This document shows, in pieces, positions 41,570 to 54,913 of a stretch of DNA of 64,000 nucleotides. The notes under the pieces are model-generated. The model worked only from the letters and a program-made list of their open reading frames with translations. It was not told the DNA's origin and ran no database searches. How positions within the stretch are numbered: position 1 is the first letter of the stretch; each line of letters opens with the position of its first letter. Source of the DNA: Eledone cirrhosa (taxonomy: Eukaryota); contig OZ024741.1 of assembly GCA_964016885.1 (NCBI GenBank), positions 119,102,001 to 119,166,000 on the forward strand, written 5' to 3'. Made by a program: the position numbers and the translations under genes.

Positions 41570-41695
41570 TATCATCATCAGGTCGAGCTTGCTCAGCTTT
41601 CTACGACACGTTTCCTCCATCGATCTCTGTCTCTCATAGCGTTTGCCAGTTCTTTCGCAGTGCATCCAGTATCGTCCTCAAATTGCTTGATGCTG
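41570..41695 (-). pseudogene. RTE/RTEX-type LINE 3' end
   Basis: IKQFEDDTGCTAKELANAMRDRDRWRKRVVES* then (TGA)n. Confidence 0.65.
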
Positions 41696-42343
41696 CTTGA
41701 CGTTCCATAACTATATAATGTATTATATATATATAAGGGTGGTGAATTGGCAGTATCGGTAGAGGGTCGGGAGCCATGCTTTGCAGCATAGTTACGTCCC
41801 TTTACGAACTGAGTTCAAATCCCGCCGAGGTTAAATTTGCCTTTCATTCTTACGGGGTCGATAAAATAAAGTACCAGTAATGCAATGGGTATTTGCTGGC
41901 CTTGTGCCAAATGTAGAAACAATTATATATATATATATATATATATTATATTATATATATAATACATTATATATATACATATATACATTATAATAATAAT
42001 TGTTTATACATTATAATAATAATAATAATAAATTTGAAGACTAAAATCCAAAGAGGGCTCGATAAGGATAAATATATATCAAACATATAAGTTTCAGAAG
42101 GGTGAAAGCAGCGATTCTTTGCTTAAACTTTAATCTATTATATATATATTACATTATATATATGTATATAATGTAATATATATATATAACAGATTAAAGT
42201 TTAAGCAAAGAATCGCTGCTTTAGGGCGGTAGATTGGCGGTAGATTGGCATAGTTACGTCCCTTTACGATGAGTTCAAATCCCGCCGAGGTTAACTACGT
42301 ATTTTACACATTTCACAATGCTTCAAGCAAACTTTAACACCCT

Positions 42344-42385
<42 letters not shown>

Positions 42386-42391
<6 letters not shown>

Positions 42392-42904
42392 GTAATCCAA
42401 ATATCATGAAAAGAGAAGATGTATTCAAAATTTTTCGATGAAAATCATAGGAAAACAGATTCAAGATAAATTAATAAAAACAATGAAATAAAAACAAAGA
42501 ACAAGTTCTTTATATTAAAAAATTCATCATTTTACGATCGTTTCTAGGATGTATATGTGTGTTGGTATGTATATCATATAGATCTATTTAAAAATATTAC
42601 AAATTATCAGAGGAAATATACTTATCTTCACATATACATGCTGTCTTCAGAAAATTCTGCATATGTGAAGGTATGTATATTTCCTCTGATAATTTGTAAT
42701 ATTTTTAAATAGATCTATATGATATACATACCAACACACATATACATCCTAGAAATGATCGTAAAATGATGAATTTTTTAATATAAAGAACTTGTTCTTT
42801 GTTTTTATTTCATTGTTTTTATTAATTTATCTTGAATCTGTTTTCCTATGATTTTCATCGAAAAATTTTGAATACATCTTCTCTTTTCATGATATTTGGA
42901 TTAC

Positions 42905-42910
<6 letters not shown>
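42386..42910. mobile_element. Palindromic PLE-like element (~250-bp arms) in (TA)n
   Basis: TTCAATGTAATCCAAATATCATG...CTTCACATAT and its reverse complement. Confidence 0.85.
42529..42655 (-). ncRNA. Hammerhead ribozyme with ~100-nt stem II
   Basis: CUGAAGA-CAGC AUGUAUAUGUG...CACAUAUACAU CCUA-GAA-ACGAUCGU-A; related copy at 54995-55133. Confidence 0.65.
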
Positions 42911-42974
<64 letters not shown>

Positions 42975-43201
42975 AGGGTGTTAAAGTTTGCTTGAAGCAT
43001 TGTGAAATGTGTAAAATACGTAGTTAAGAAAGCCACAACAATGCAGAGGGAAATCTCGAGGTAGGAAGTGAATGATAGATAGGAGAAACAGGTAAAAGTG
43101 AAAATTGAGAGAGACAAAGATGAAAACAAAACAAAGGTAGAAGGGTTACCGTAGTGGAGATTTAATCCCAATATTTCGGGCTCACGCCCATCAACGGGGG
43201 A

Positions 43202-43900
43202 AACTCAGCCCTCCCCAACAACGCTAAGAGAGGCTATGTCCTAAATGAACTGACACGGATCACTAACAGATGCAGCGACCCGATGGGTGGTCTCACCCAT
43301 ACCACGCAATTCCGTAATCTACTCAGATCTAATGGTTATCCCAAGCGACTGATTAACGGAATTAGAGACCCCAGACCCAATAGACAGACACCCACTAGAA
43401 ACTTAAATAAAAGCAGGTGCTTCTTTAAAATCCCCCACCTGAGTGAATATACCACGAACGCCATCCGCAGGGCCATACGGACGGAGGGACTTGACATACA
43501 TTTGGCCCACACAGGACCTTCGCTGCGAAGATGCCTCTCCAACAAACCCGACGAGTCAGATGGGACGTGTTCCCTCAGCAACTGCCCGATACGGGGGGCA
43601 GATTGCCTACGCACCTATGTCGTATATAAGATTCAATGCGATAAATGTAACAAATTTTACATAGGTAGCACCATCCGACCCCTACATGTTCGTATCAAGG
43701 AACATGTCAACACCAACGCATCTTCCTTCCGTAAACACATCCTTAAATGCGGAAACCCACAGGGTAGACCCTTGGTCACAGTCCTAGCGACTGAACGCAG
43801 CATCGGATCCTTAAGGATAAACGAAGCACTTGTTATTAAGAACCTCAGACCCCCACTTAACAACCGGGCTGAGAGAAATGAGCTGACATGGCTAACTTAA
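43202..43900 (+). CDS. PLE ORF C-terminal part: RT thumb plus GIY-YIG endonuclease (5'-truncated)
   Basis: Frame is open from 43202 (NSALPNNAKRGYVLNELTRITNRCSDPM...). Contains NGYP, C..C linker, VVYKIQCDKCNKFYIGSTIRPLHVRIKEH and EALVIKNLRPPLN. Confidence 0.9.
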   Translation, partial: NSALPNNAKRGYVLNELTRITNRCSDPMGGLTHTTQFRNLLRSNGYPKRLINGIRDPRPNRQTPTRNLNKSRCFFKIPHLSEYTTNAIRRAIRTEGLDIHLAHTGPSLRRCLSNKPDESDGTCSLSNCPIRGADCLRTYVVYKIQCDKCNKFYIGSTIRPLHVRIKEHVNTNASSFRKHILKCGNPQGRPLVTVLATERSIGSLRINEALVIKNLRPPLNNRAERNELTWLT

Positions 43901-44514
43901 CCATAGTGACCATTCACAGCCTACGGCCTGCTATCTTCACACACACGCACGTATATGCATACCCATACGCATACACACACTCATCTATATTTATACACGC
44001 ACACATGTTTTTACAACCCTTTGATTTCCAGCTTCTACAGCCTTTGATTTCCAGCTTCTACAGCCCACTATCTTTCACACACACACGCACTCACACATAT
44101 ACACACACAGTTACACACACATGTATACCCATACGCTTACACACACACATCTATATTATACACGCACACATGTTTTACAACCTACCACCTTTCACACCCT
44201 TTGATTTCCAGCTTCTACAGCCCACTATCTTTCACACACACACACACTCACACATATACACACTTACACTTATACACACACAGTTACACACACATATATA
44301 TTTACACACACATATTTTACGGCTTTCACACGCTAGCGCACCCTCTTGATTTAACCCATTTGGTCAGTAGCTTTTGCCACAGCCTATCACGCGCACGCGC
44401 ATTCTTTCCCTCGTTTAAATTTTAAATAATTTTCTCCCCATAACGGCATTCCTGTCTTAACGACGTCACAACTTTCTCCGCTTGGCCTGTTCCCCCCCCC
44501 CCCTTTTGGAACTT

Positions 44515-44550
44515 TCCCCCGTTGATGGGCGTGAGCCCGAAATATTGGGA
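44515..44550 (+). ncRNA. Variant hammerhead-like motif in pLTR (inverted copy 43166-43201)
   Basis: UCCC-CCGUUGA-U-GGGC GUGA GCCC-GAA-AUAU-U-GGGA. Confidence 0.6.
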
Positions 44551-44716
44551 TTAAATTTCCACTACGGTAACCCTTCTACCTTTGTTTTGTTTTCATCTTT
44601 GTCTCTCTCAATTTTCACTTTTACCTGTTTCTCCTATCTATCATTCACTTCCTACCTCGAGATTTCCCTCTGCATTGTTGTGGCTTTCTTAACTACGTAT
44701 TTTATATATATATATA

Positions 44717-45724
44717 TTTCAATTCTCAGATCGGGTGATGTATTGTTTCCTTGAGCAAGACACTTTATTTCACATTGCTCCAGTTTACTCAGCTGTAGAA
44801 ATGAGATGATAGGGACTGGGGTCCATATCATTCCACTGCAAAGTGGTCGTGTAGGTGCCACGGCAAAAAGCACCCAACACTCACTGTAAATGAGGTTGGT
44901 GTTAGGAAGGGCATCCAGCTGTAGAAATCAAGCCATAATCAGTTCCCGTCCCACCCTTGGAAGCAGGGAAAAGTGGACGTAAAATGATTAAAAAAAAAAA
45001 TTAAAATTAAAAAAAAATTGTATTATATATATATATATATAATAATTTCTTATATAGGCACAAGGCCAGCAATTTTTGCGGGGAGGGGAAAGTCGATTAA
45101 ATTGACCCCAATGCGTGACTGGAACTTTATTTTATCGACCCCGTAAGGATAAAAGGCAAAGTTAACCTCGGAGGATATATATATATAATGTATTATATAT
45201 ATATATTGGCAGTATCGGGAGAGGGTCAGATGCCATGCTTTCCAGCATAGTTATGTCCCTTTACGGTCTGAGTTCAAATCCCGTCGAGGTTAACTTACGG
45301 GGTCGATAAAATAAAGTACCAGTAATGTACTGGATAATTGTTGGCCTTGTGCCAAATGTAGAAACAATTATATATATATATATGGAGGCACATGGCTTAG
45401 TGGTTAGAGCATTGGCCTTGCAATCGAAAGGTTGTGAGTTCAATTCTCAGACCGGGTGATGTCTTGTTTCCTTGAGCAAGACACTTTATTTCACATTGCT
45501 CCAGTTTACTCAGCTGTAGAAATGAGATGATAGGGACTGGGGTCCCTATCATTCCACTGTAAAGTGGTCGTGGAGGTGCCACAGCAAAAAAGCACCCAGC
45601 ACTCACTGTAAGTGAGGTTGGTGTTAGGAAGGGCATCCAACTGTAGAAATCAAGCCAGCATCAGTTCCCGTCCCACCCTTGCAAGCAGGGAAAAAGCGGA
45701 CATAAAATGGAAAATGAAATGATG

Positions 45725-45755
<31 letters not shown>

Positions 45756-45965
45756 ATGTATTATATATATATATATAATTGTTTCTACTTTAGGCACAAG
45801 GCCAGCAATTACCCAGTACATTACTGGTACTTTATTTTATCGACCCCCGTAAGGATGAAAGGCAAAGTTAACCTCGGCGGGATTTGAACTCAGACTGTAA
45901 AGGGACGTAACTATGCTAGAAAGCATGGCGTCCAACCTTCTACCAATACTGCCAATTCACCACCC
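44717..45965. mobile_element. SINE cluster: B 44717-44990 (+), A 45045-45175 (-), A 45206-45368 (+), B 45383-45726 (+), A 45777-45965 (-)
   Basis: Direct matches to family A and B sequences. Confidence 0.9.
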
Positions 45966-46524
45966 TTTATATTATATATATATAATACCACCCTTGCAAG
46001 CAGGGAAAAGCGAACGTAAAATGATGATGAATACATAAATACATAAATGTCGGTTTTATATTTTTTTTAAACATTTTTAAGAATATAATCTTACATAAGG
46101 TGTCTAAAATTATGTATAAATTTTAAAGCTTATTTTATGCTCCCTTTTCTAATATAATCCATCTTTAATATAAATTCCAGTCTTTTGGCAAGTTTTATAT
46201 ATTTGAAGTTAAGATCTCAAAACAGGATATTCACAAAATTTATTTTTAAGATTTAAATTTCGGCCGAAGTGCAGCACATATTGTTAGAACATCTATGAAG
46301 ATTGGGGCCAAGGAATTGTTCATATATGCACAGTGCAGCTTCGGATTAAATAATTCCATTGTGGTCAATGTACTGGGTTAAATGGTATCAGTATCAGGTA
46401 GAAGCTTGACCTGATATATTATATATAACATATTATATATATTATAAACAGACACTAGAATAGTACCCATCAAAAATACTTGGATTTATAGTAAAAAATA
46501 TTTAATTTACTAATTTTTTGGATC

Positions 46525-47845
46525 AGTTGACAGTAGTCTTATCAGCTTCTCATAGTAGCATTTCCAGGCCTTTTTCTTTTGAGCATCAGTGATGCTAAGT
46601 GCACCAGTATCATTTCGAACACACTTTTCTCTAACCACATTCTGATTGATACTGAAACACTGCTTTGAGATGCAGAAAACCTCACATCTCTGATCCTTAT
46701 TTCACAGAACATTGACAAACCTCTTGCTTTCAGCCTCTTTGCATGCTATGTATACCTGTTGTATAACTTCTCTTTCAGCTATCTATTATTGATCTTTTCT
46801 ACCCTCATTTTTACAGTCCTTCTATGCCTGTCTCTTAGCTTTAACAACTCTATCTACTGAGCTGTTCCACTACCCTTTGTCTGGCTGGTGCCTTGCTCAA
46901 GCTACAAGTCTTATTAGTAGCCTGCAGTAGGTTGTCATGTTGAAATTTCCAATTGTTCTCTATGTCATGTATCTAACTCCTCTTCCCTTTCATCATATGC
47001 ATCACATAATGCTTTGCTGAACCTATTATTTAACAGAAAGGTCCTTTAGCTTCCATACTCTCCTCCTCCAGATTCACCTGGGATTTTTTTCTGCTTTGTT
47101 GTCTGGTGCATTGTTCTCTGGGATAGGATCTAATATCTATAACCATCTGTCTGCCTTAGTTTCTAACAAGGAAGAAGTTCATCTGGTTTGTGAGTTCACC
47201 TGACTGGTAGATGATCAGGTGGCTGACCGGTTTCCTGAAAGTTAGTGCTGCTAATAGTTAGTTCATTTGCATCACAGAAATCTATGTGCCTTGCTCCATC
47301 TTCATTTCTTGTGCTAATACCATAGCCACCATGTATCCCGGCGTAGCCATCCTGATGCTGCCCAAATGTCCATTGAAGTCACCAGCTAGGATGATGATGT
47401 CTCTGTCATGTGAAAATGAAGATGTCTAGGAGTTCCTCTTAACAACAGTCTTTTGTTCTTTACCTAGTCCTGTGTGTGGTGCATGAGTAGAGATAATTGT
47501 TGTCATTCTATATAATCCAAACCAATCTAGGGCTTTCTCACTCATGTTGAACTCCATCATTTTCTGTTTGGTTTTAGTCATGTCAGGGATGTAGCCACGT
47601 TCACCAGTTGGCCAATTGTGGGTTGGTGAAGCTATTTAACCCATAGATGGTGTAGATGGCCGTTGATTCTGAGGAGTTTGTCTGCCCTTTTAACAGCTCC
47701 TGTTTTTTGTGCTGCTGAAATTCCACTTGCCCTCTTCGCCAGACCAGGGTCAAGTGAGAGAGCTGGTTTAGTCTCCAACCACTTGACCATGAAGCCAGTT
47801 GTACTGGGTTACATGGTACCAGTAGCAGGCAGAAGCCTGACTTGA
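46525..47845 (-). pseudogene. Degraded RTE LINE, 5' half (UTR, APE endonuclease, linker)
   Basis: IIILAGDFNGHLG, GIHGGYG..RNEDG..DFCDANEL..TNFRK and NQNVVREKCVRNDTGALSITDAQKKKAWK; many disablements. Confidence 0.8.
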
Positions 47846-47877
47846 TATATCATATATTATATATATATTATAACAGA

Positions 47878-48126
47878 CTAGTACCCATCAAAAATAAGGG
47901 AATTTATAGTAAAAAATATTCAATTTACTAATTCCTTGATTACAACATTCTATGTATAGCTGCTTGAAACCAAGTTTCCTTGACATTTTCTATCATGTCC
48001 CTCTGGCCAATAATTATCTTCCATATTTCCTTTAATCATTATCACACATATATCCATTTTTTCTATTTATCCACTATTGTGATTTGTGATTCATTGTTGT
48101 TATTGTTATTCTAGTCTGAATATAGA
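47878..48126 (-). mobile_element. Short Helitron-like element
   Basis: Minus strand starts A|TCTATA and ends with a CCC..GGG hairpin and CTAG|T. Confidence 0.55.
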
Positions 48127-48163
48127 TACATTGATAAGTATATATAAATAGATAACTATAGAA

Positions 48164-48637
48164 TCTAAACTATAATAAAGAAAGGAGTGCAGGACTGCGT
48201 ACGGTTTATAATTTTTTATCCCATTAGTAAAATAAGTTGGATTACTTTGAATAAATAATGAATGAATATTACATAATTTATCGACTAAATTTCGTGGCTA
48301 TTGATTAATAAATATATTTTGTTCATTTAAAGATTCACTTCTTTAAAATTTCTGAAATGTCAACACTTCTGGTTGGCCATCACTTAAATAAACATACTAA
48401 TTTTCTCCTAATGCAGCTTATATATAATATCGTCTTTTTTTAATGTATCATGGATTACGTTACTGATTACAGAAGACAGTGTAACGTAGTCTTTGCTCAA
48501 TTTCTATGTATTATATATTGTCAATTACGATTTTATTTGATGTGTCATATCTACATGCATATAAACTTGTGTATAATATCAATATACACACCACACATGC
48601 TAGCAGAAAACCACCTGAAGGGTGGTTTTTCTGCTAG
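48164..48637 (+). mobile_element. Non-autonomous Helitron
   Basis: A|TCTAAACTATAATAA start; AAAACCACC-TGAAG-GGTGGTTTT hairpin; CTAG|T end. Confidence 0.8.
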
Positions 48638-48994
48638 TGACAATAAGGCAGACAGAGAGAAAGAGTGGCAGAGATAGATATTCAGACAGATAACAAGACA
48701 AATAGATAGGTAGGTAGGTAAACTTAAGAAAATTAACAAAGAAAGGACTAATGGAAACAAAACAAAATGAAAAACAATTTTTTAAGGGGATACCATAAAA
48801 ATTTTTTTTTCTAAATAAATATATAAATGAAGGACACAGAACTGCATGGTCATCGGCCATTGAGATGGACTTGGCAGTTTTGACCCCTACTAACAGTACT
48901 GCTGGTTCATTCATAGTCACAGCGTCTGACACAAGCCAAACACTGTCCAAAGGAGTAAGAGATGAATGACAGAACAGTAATTTATAGCCATTAA

Positions 48995-49210
48995 CCCTTT
49001 ACCATTCACATTACTTTATATATACTATTGTATTTTTGTGGTAAAGACTTTATCTTACATAATTATCTCACATAATATCGAATCTATGAGATTTTGATAT
49101 TATTTATTTTGAGAATAATACCTTAACATCAGTATGAGTGGTTAGTTATGGCCAGTTAGAACAGACAGAGGTGAGAGAATTCTGACCGGATATGGCCGGT
49201 TTAAATGCTG
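48995..49210. mobile_element. piggyBac-like MITE (degraded)
   Basis: TTAA|CCCTTT start; homologous to 53019-53238. Confidence 0.6.
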
Positions 49211-49381
49211 AGAGAGATGTAGGGAAGAGGATATCATATTACTTGTTTCCAAACAAATCTAGCACAAAATGGTTGTCACGTGACATAGTCTTTCGAAAAG
49301 AACTTCATTAATTGGAAATAAGAATTTTATCTTTTTTTTTAGTGATAAAGAGAAATATAAATGACCAATAAATGAAAGAAA

Positions 49382-49854
49382 TCTTAACTATAATAAAGAA
49401 AGGAATGCGGGACTGCGTCCAAAGTATATCTTTTTACCCCGTTTGTAAAATAAGTTGGATTACTTTGAATAAATAATGAATATTACATAATTTATGTGCT
49501 AAATTTCGTGGCTGTTGATTAAATATATTTTATAGTTTATTTAAAGATTCACTTCTTTAAAATTTTCAAATGTCAACATTTCCAGTTAGCGGCTGTTATA
49601 TTATAACACTTATAAAAATATTGCATATATTTCCGTCGCTAAATTTCTCCTAATGCAGTTTATATATAATATCGTCTTTTTTTAAATGTATCATGGATTA
49701 CTTTACTGGTTACAGAAGACAGTGTAACTCAGTCTTCGTTCAATTTCTGTGTATATTGTCAATTACGATTTTATTTGATATATCATATCTACATGTATAT
49801 ATACTTGTGTACACATGCTAGCAGAAAACCACCCTTTGGGTGGTTTTCTGCTTG
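49382..49854 (+). mobile_element. Non-autonomous Helitron, same family as 48164-48637
   Basis: A|TCTTAACTATAATAA start, same hairpin, CTTG|T end. Confidence 0.75.
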
Positions 49855-49859
49855 TAATA

Positions 49860-50270
49860 GTAATTGTTTCTACTTTTGGCACAAGGCCAGCAATTACCCA
49901 GTACATTACTGGTACTTTATTTTATCGACCCCGTAAGGATGAAAGGCAAAGTTAACCTCGGCGGTATTTGAACTCAGACCATAAAGGGATGTAACTGGAA
50001 AGCATGGCGTCCAACCCTCTACCGATACTGCCAATTCACACCTCTCTGCTTGTAATAATAATAAATAATGGCTTCTGATTTAGACACAAAACCAACAATA
50101 TTGGTGGGGGGAGTCAATTAAATTGACCCCAGTGCATGACTGGTACTTTATTTTATCGATCCTGTAAGGATGAAAGGCAAAGCTAATCTTTGCGGGATTT
50201 GAACTCAGAACGTAAAAGCCTGTAACTCTATACTGAGAAACATGTCTGACACTCTACCGATACTGCCAAC
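49860..50270 (-). mobile_element. Two SINE A copies; first has a 13-bp TSD
   Basis: TCTGCTTGTAATA at 49847-49859 and 50045-50057. Confidence 0.85.
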
Positions 50271-51053
50271 ACACTGCTCAAGAAATCATAATAATAAATG
50301 GTTTCTGATTTAGGCAAATTTACAGTTCTTGTCAGCGCAAGGTATGGCGTGACCAATTCTGGCCAGACTTGTCTTCCAACGTGGACGACCCATCTAACCC
50401 ATGCAAGCATGGAAAAATGGATGCTAAATGGTCATGATGATGATGATGATAATGATATATATATATATATATAAAGAAGAAAGACCCCCTTCGGTCATAA
50501 ATGACCATGGGTTTTGTACCTAGAAAGTTCCCCACAAGATGGAAGATCAGAAGTTGCCTGTGCATACCAGTCTCCCTACTTTATACCACCGATGTCGTCC
50601 AAATGCTGATACAGCTTGGTATCTGTGACATCATAACTCATTTCTGCAGCTGAGTGAACTAGAGCGACATGAAATAAAGTGCCTTACTCAAGGACAGAAT
50701 ACATCACCTGGTCCATCAATGTGTGTGGCTAATATAATAAACTAGATAGAATTTATAGGTTTAAATATTCTGAAAATTAAAATAAAAATTAATTATATTC
50801 TTATTACCATCAATACATCATTCATATTTTAACTAAGAACAAAAAGGGTAGTTACTAAATATTGATTGGTATTTAGTTATAATAAAATAATTAAATAAAT
50901 AATAACAATATCAAAGATTTCTTTTATTGTCAGAAGAATGGTTGTGTGAGGTTGGGTGGATGGGTGGGGGGGGGATCACAATACTTAGTTGGAAATGTTG
51001 GCAGAGTACTAAACAGTCAATTATATTGACCTCAATACTTGGATGTGTGTGTG

Positions 51054-51135
<82 letters not shown>

Positions 51136-52199
51136 TACTACCGCCATGACCCTCCCCAGTAATGGTGCCATGAAGAAAAGCACCCAGTTTGCAGTCAACC
51201 CAGTCCATCCTGTAAGGTGGTAGTGCTGGAGTCACAATAAAATGTTCCCCGTGGTTAGCATTAGGAAGGGTATCCAGCCATAGAAACCACACAAAACATG
51301 GTCACCTGACTAACCTAACCTCAAAATGTAACAACCTGTCCAACCTATGTAAGTATGAAAAATAGATGTTAAATGGTGACAATGAGACATAAATATTGTT
51401 GTTGGACTTCTTATAGTTTTGACGACATGTGTTCCAATTTGTTCAAATAACAGAAAAGCTTCCTCTTGATATTAGTGTGCAAGTGGCTGAGCATTCAACA
51501 CCCATGCTAGTGTAAAAAATGGATGTTAAACGATGATGATGACCCTCTATAATATTAAGTGTGGCAGAGTGTGTGGCATGGCTAGCTCTTTGAACTATAA
51601 GGTAGAACTCATTTTTGCTTGCTGGGTGGAGTGGAGTAACATAGGATAAAGTTTCTTGCTCAAGGATACAAAACTGTCTGGAATCGAACTCACACACATA
51701 CATCTACATTTGAACAATAATAAAAATAAAAACAATGTATAAAAAGAATATTTATTAAACCTTAAAGCATAGTTTGAACAAAGTACCACATATTCTCGTG
51801 TATAAATCACCTTTTTCCATATAAAAAAACAGCATGTGACTTATCTATTGGATCTACAACCCTCATTTCTAATAAAGGGTACATTGTTAAATGTAGTATT
51901 TAGAATGGATCTGTGACTTTACTAGTGCAATTCATATAAACTCTTTTACTGGTTCCAGTCATTAGACTGCAACCATGCTGAGGCATCCATATCAACCCCT
52001 TTTTTGTTGTACTGTTAAGTTATGGAACATAAGCATAGACAACAGGCTTCTGCAGTTTCTATCTACCAAATACCTCACAAGGCATTAGTCAACCCATGTC
52101 TATAATAGAAAACACTTGCCCATGGTGCTGCAGATTAGGACTGAACTTGAAATTACATGATTGTGAAGCAAACTCTTGAGTCTATATATAACCTATATA

Positions 52200-52435
52200 T
52201 CATCATCATCATTTTACGTCTGCTTTTCCCTGCTTACAAGGGTGGGACGGGTCCTATTCAGCATAGCATCTCTCCACTTGTCATGGTCCTTCGTCATCTC
52301 CACTGTGAGCTTCAGTGATCTGAGGTCTGCTCTCACCCCCTCCGCCCATGTTTTTCGTGGTCTACCTCTACCACGTCTTCCTTCAACTGGCATCGGTCAT
52401 CCTCCATGCGCAACACATGTCCATACCAGAGTGTT
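52200..52435 (-). pseudogene. RTE LINE 3' end
   Basis: LWYGHVLRMEDDR...GRRGRGRPRKTWAEGVRADL...DKWR, then CCCACCCTTGTAAGCAGGGAAAAGCAGACGTAAAA(TGA)n. Confidence 0.85.
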
Positions 52436-53018
52436 GTAGTTTGCTTGAAGCATTGTTGAATAGGAAACCCAAATTTGAATAATTTTGAAAACCATACAAT
52501 GCATTGTATGGTTTTCAAAATTATTTGAGTTTGTGTTTCATATATATACAATTTCTTGAGCAAGAAGTGATTGATCTTCACAACTTACACAGTGTGATGG
52601 GAAACAAGATAAGAATTCACTCAACTCTCAGAAAGATATTTACCTAAACAACATCCCATCAATGATTATTGTTTGTGAAGAACAAGAAAAGCAGATGTCA
52701 GATGCAAGAAGCTAATTAATAGCTTAATAAATTAAAAGTTCAGTAGGCAAGATTATCAGTACAAAGAGTCACTCTATATACACTTAAACACTTTTAAAAC
52801 TCTCAATGAGTTTTCTTGTTCACTTAATTCATATTGTGGAACTCAAGTTGAAACAGCTAGGTTCACTGTTGGGATCTTTATTATACCTATTCTGCATTCC
52901 ATCATGCATTGAGTACTACTTTCATTTGGAGTCTTCCATACCCTTGCACTGTGGACACTTCACATACTGTATATATGTTGCATTAACCTCATGTTTATAT
53001 TTTGCTTTCCTTATTTAA

Positions 53019-53238
53019 CTCTTTAGCATTTATATTATTCAATATTTATGATTGTATTTTCACAGTAAACACTTTATTTCACATAATTATCTCACATAAT
53101 ATTGAATCAACGAGATTTTGATATTATTTATTTTGAGAATAATACCTTAACATAAGTATAAGCAGCCGGTTATGGCTGTTTGAACAGAAAGAGGTAAGAG
53201 AATTCTGGCCGGATATGGCCTGTTTAAATGCTAAAGGG
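53019..53238. mobile_element. piggyBac-like MITE
   Basis: TIRs CTCTTTAGCATTTA / TAAATGCTAAAGGG with TTAA on both sides. Confidence 0.8.
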
Positions 53239-53919
53239 TTAATAGTTCAAATCCAGAGCAATGTTTGATAGATAAGTTGAACGTGGCTCTTCATTCTATT
53301 TTTAGGGGGAAAATGCAACATACATATTTGATAAATTTTACCACAGCCTAACTAAATTGATATTCTTATTGATCCAATGTTTACCTTTGGTCAATTTCAA
53401 GTCAAACTATCAGAAACAAGGTGACTGGTCAAACAAAATTACATTTGAATAGTGTTTCTGTGACAACCCTCCTTTATTGTGCAGCTTGTGGTTCTATATT
53501 TGAGGATTGAAAATGTGTGATTTCCCATTTTTTAAAGTATTTGTCTGTCACATTAGACAGGTGGTATAAAAACATTGTGGTGACATAGTGACAGGGTAAT
53601 AATTGTTTCTACTTTAGGCACAAGGCCAGCAATTATCCAGTACATTACAGGTACTTTGTTTTATCGACCCCATAAGGATGAAAGGCAAAGTTAACCTTGG
53701 CGACATAACTATGCGAGAAAGCATGGCGTCTGACCCTCTACCGATAGTAATAATGTTTGCTATTTTGTTTAATACTGATTATGCTGGTTTCTTGTAAACT
53801 CATTGAATTCATGCTGTAGAATTTAAAAATATTTTTTAGATATGTTAATAAATAAATACTCACTTGATGAAAACTGAGTATTTTTTTCTCTGATACTGTT
53901 TGAATATTCGACCCCATTC

Positions 53920-53982
53920 TATAAATATATATACATATATATATGTATATATATATACATACATATATACATATATATATAC

Positions 53983-54013
<31 letters not shown>

Positions 54014-54084
54014 CATATACATATATATATATATACATATATATATGTATATATATATACATACATATATACATATATATATAC

Positions 54085-54115
<31 letters not shown>

Positions 54116-54166
54116 CATATACATATATATATATATATATACATACATATATACATATATATATAC

Positions 54167-54197
<31 letters not shown>

Positions 54198-54310
54198 CAT
54201 ATACATATATATATATATACATATACATATATATACATATATATATATATACATATACATATATATATATATATACATATATATATGTATATATATATAT
54301 ACATATACAC

Positions 54311-54342
<32 letters not shown>

Positions 54343-54579
54343 ATATATACATATACATATATATATATATATATACATATATATATGTATATATATATAC
54401 ATATACACATATATATATATACATATATATATACATATACATATGTATATATATATACATATACATATGTATATATATATACATATACATATGTATATAT
54501 ATATACATATACATATGTATATATATATACATATACATATGTATATATATATACATATACACATATATATATATATATA

Positions 54580-54639
<60 letters not shown>

Positions 54640-54703
54640 TATACATATACACATATATATATATATATATATACATATACACATATATATATATATATAG
54701 ACA

Positions 54704-54737
<34 letters not shown>

Positions 54738-54771
54738 CATATACACATATATATATATATATATATAGACA

Positions 54772-54833
<62 letters not shown>

Positions 54834-54837
54834 GACA

Positions 54838-54913
<76 letters not shown>

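Larger units (their letters stand above)
42972..44703 (+). mobile_element. 5'-truncated Penelope-like retroelement with inverted pLTR
   Basis: ~43013-43203 is the reverse complement of 44513-44703, flanking a GIY-YIG ORF. Confidence 0.9.

Noticed and set aside
45383-45455. tRNA gene
   Set aside because: A/B-box-like head continues into a SINE body and is present in several copies.
48830-48960. Possible host exon
   Set aside because: Short open stretch with a possible donor site but no convincing acceptor or recognisable protein.
52790-52990. Possible host exon
   Set aside because: No recognisable domain or splice signals.
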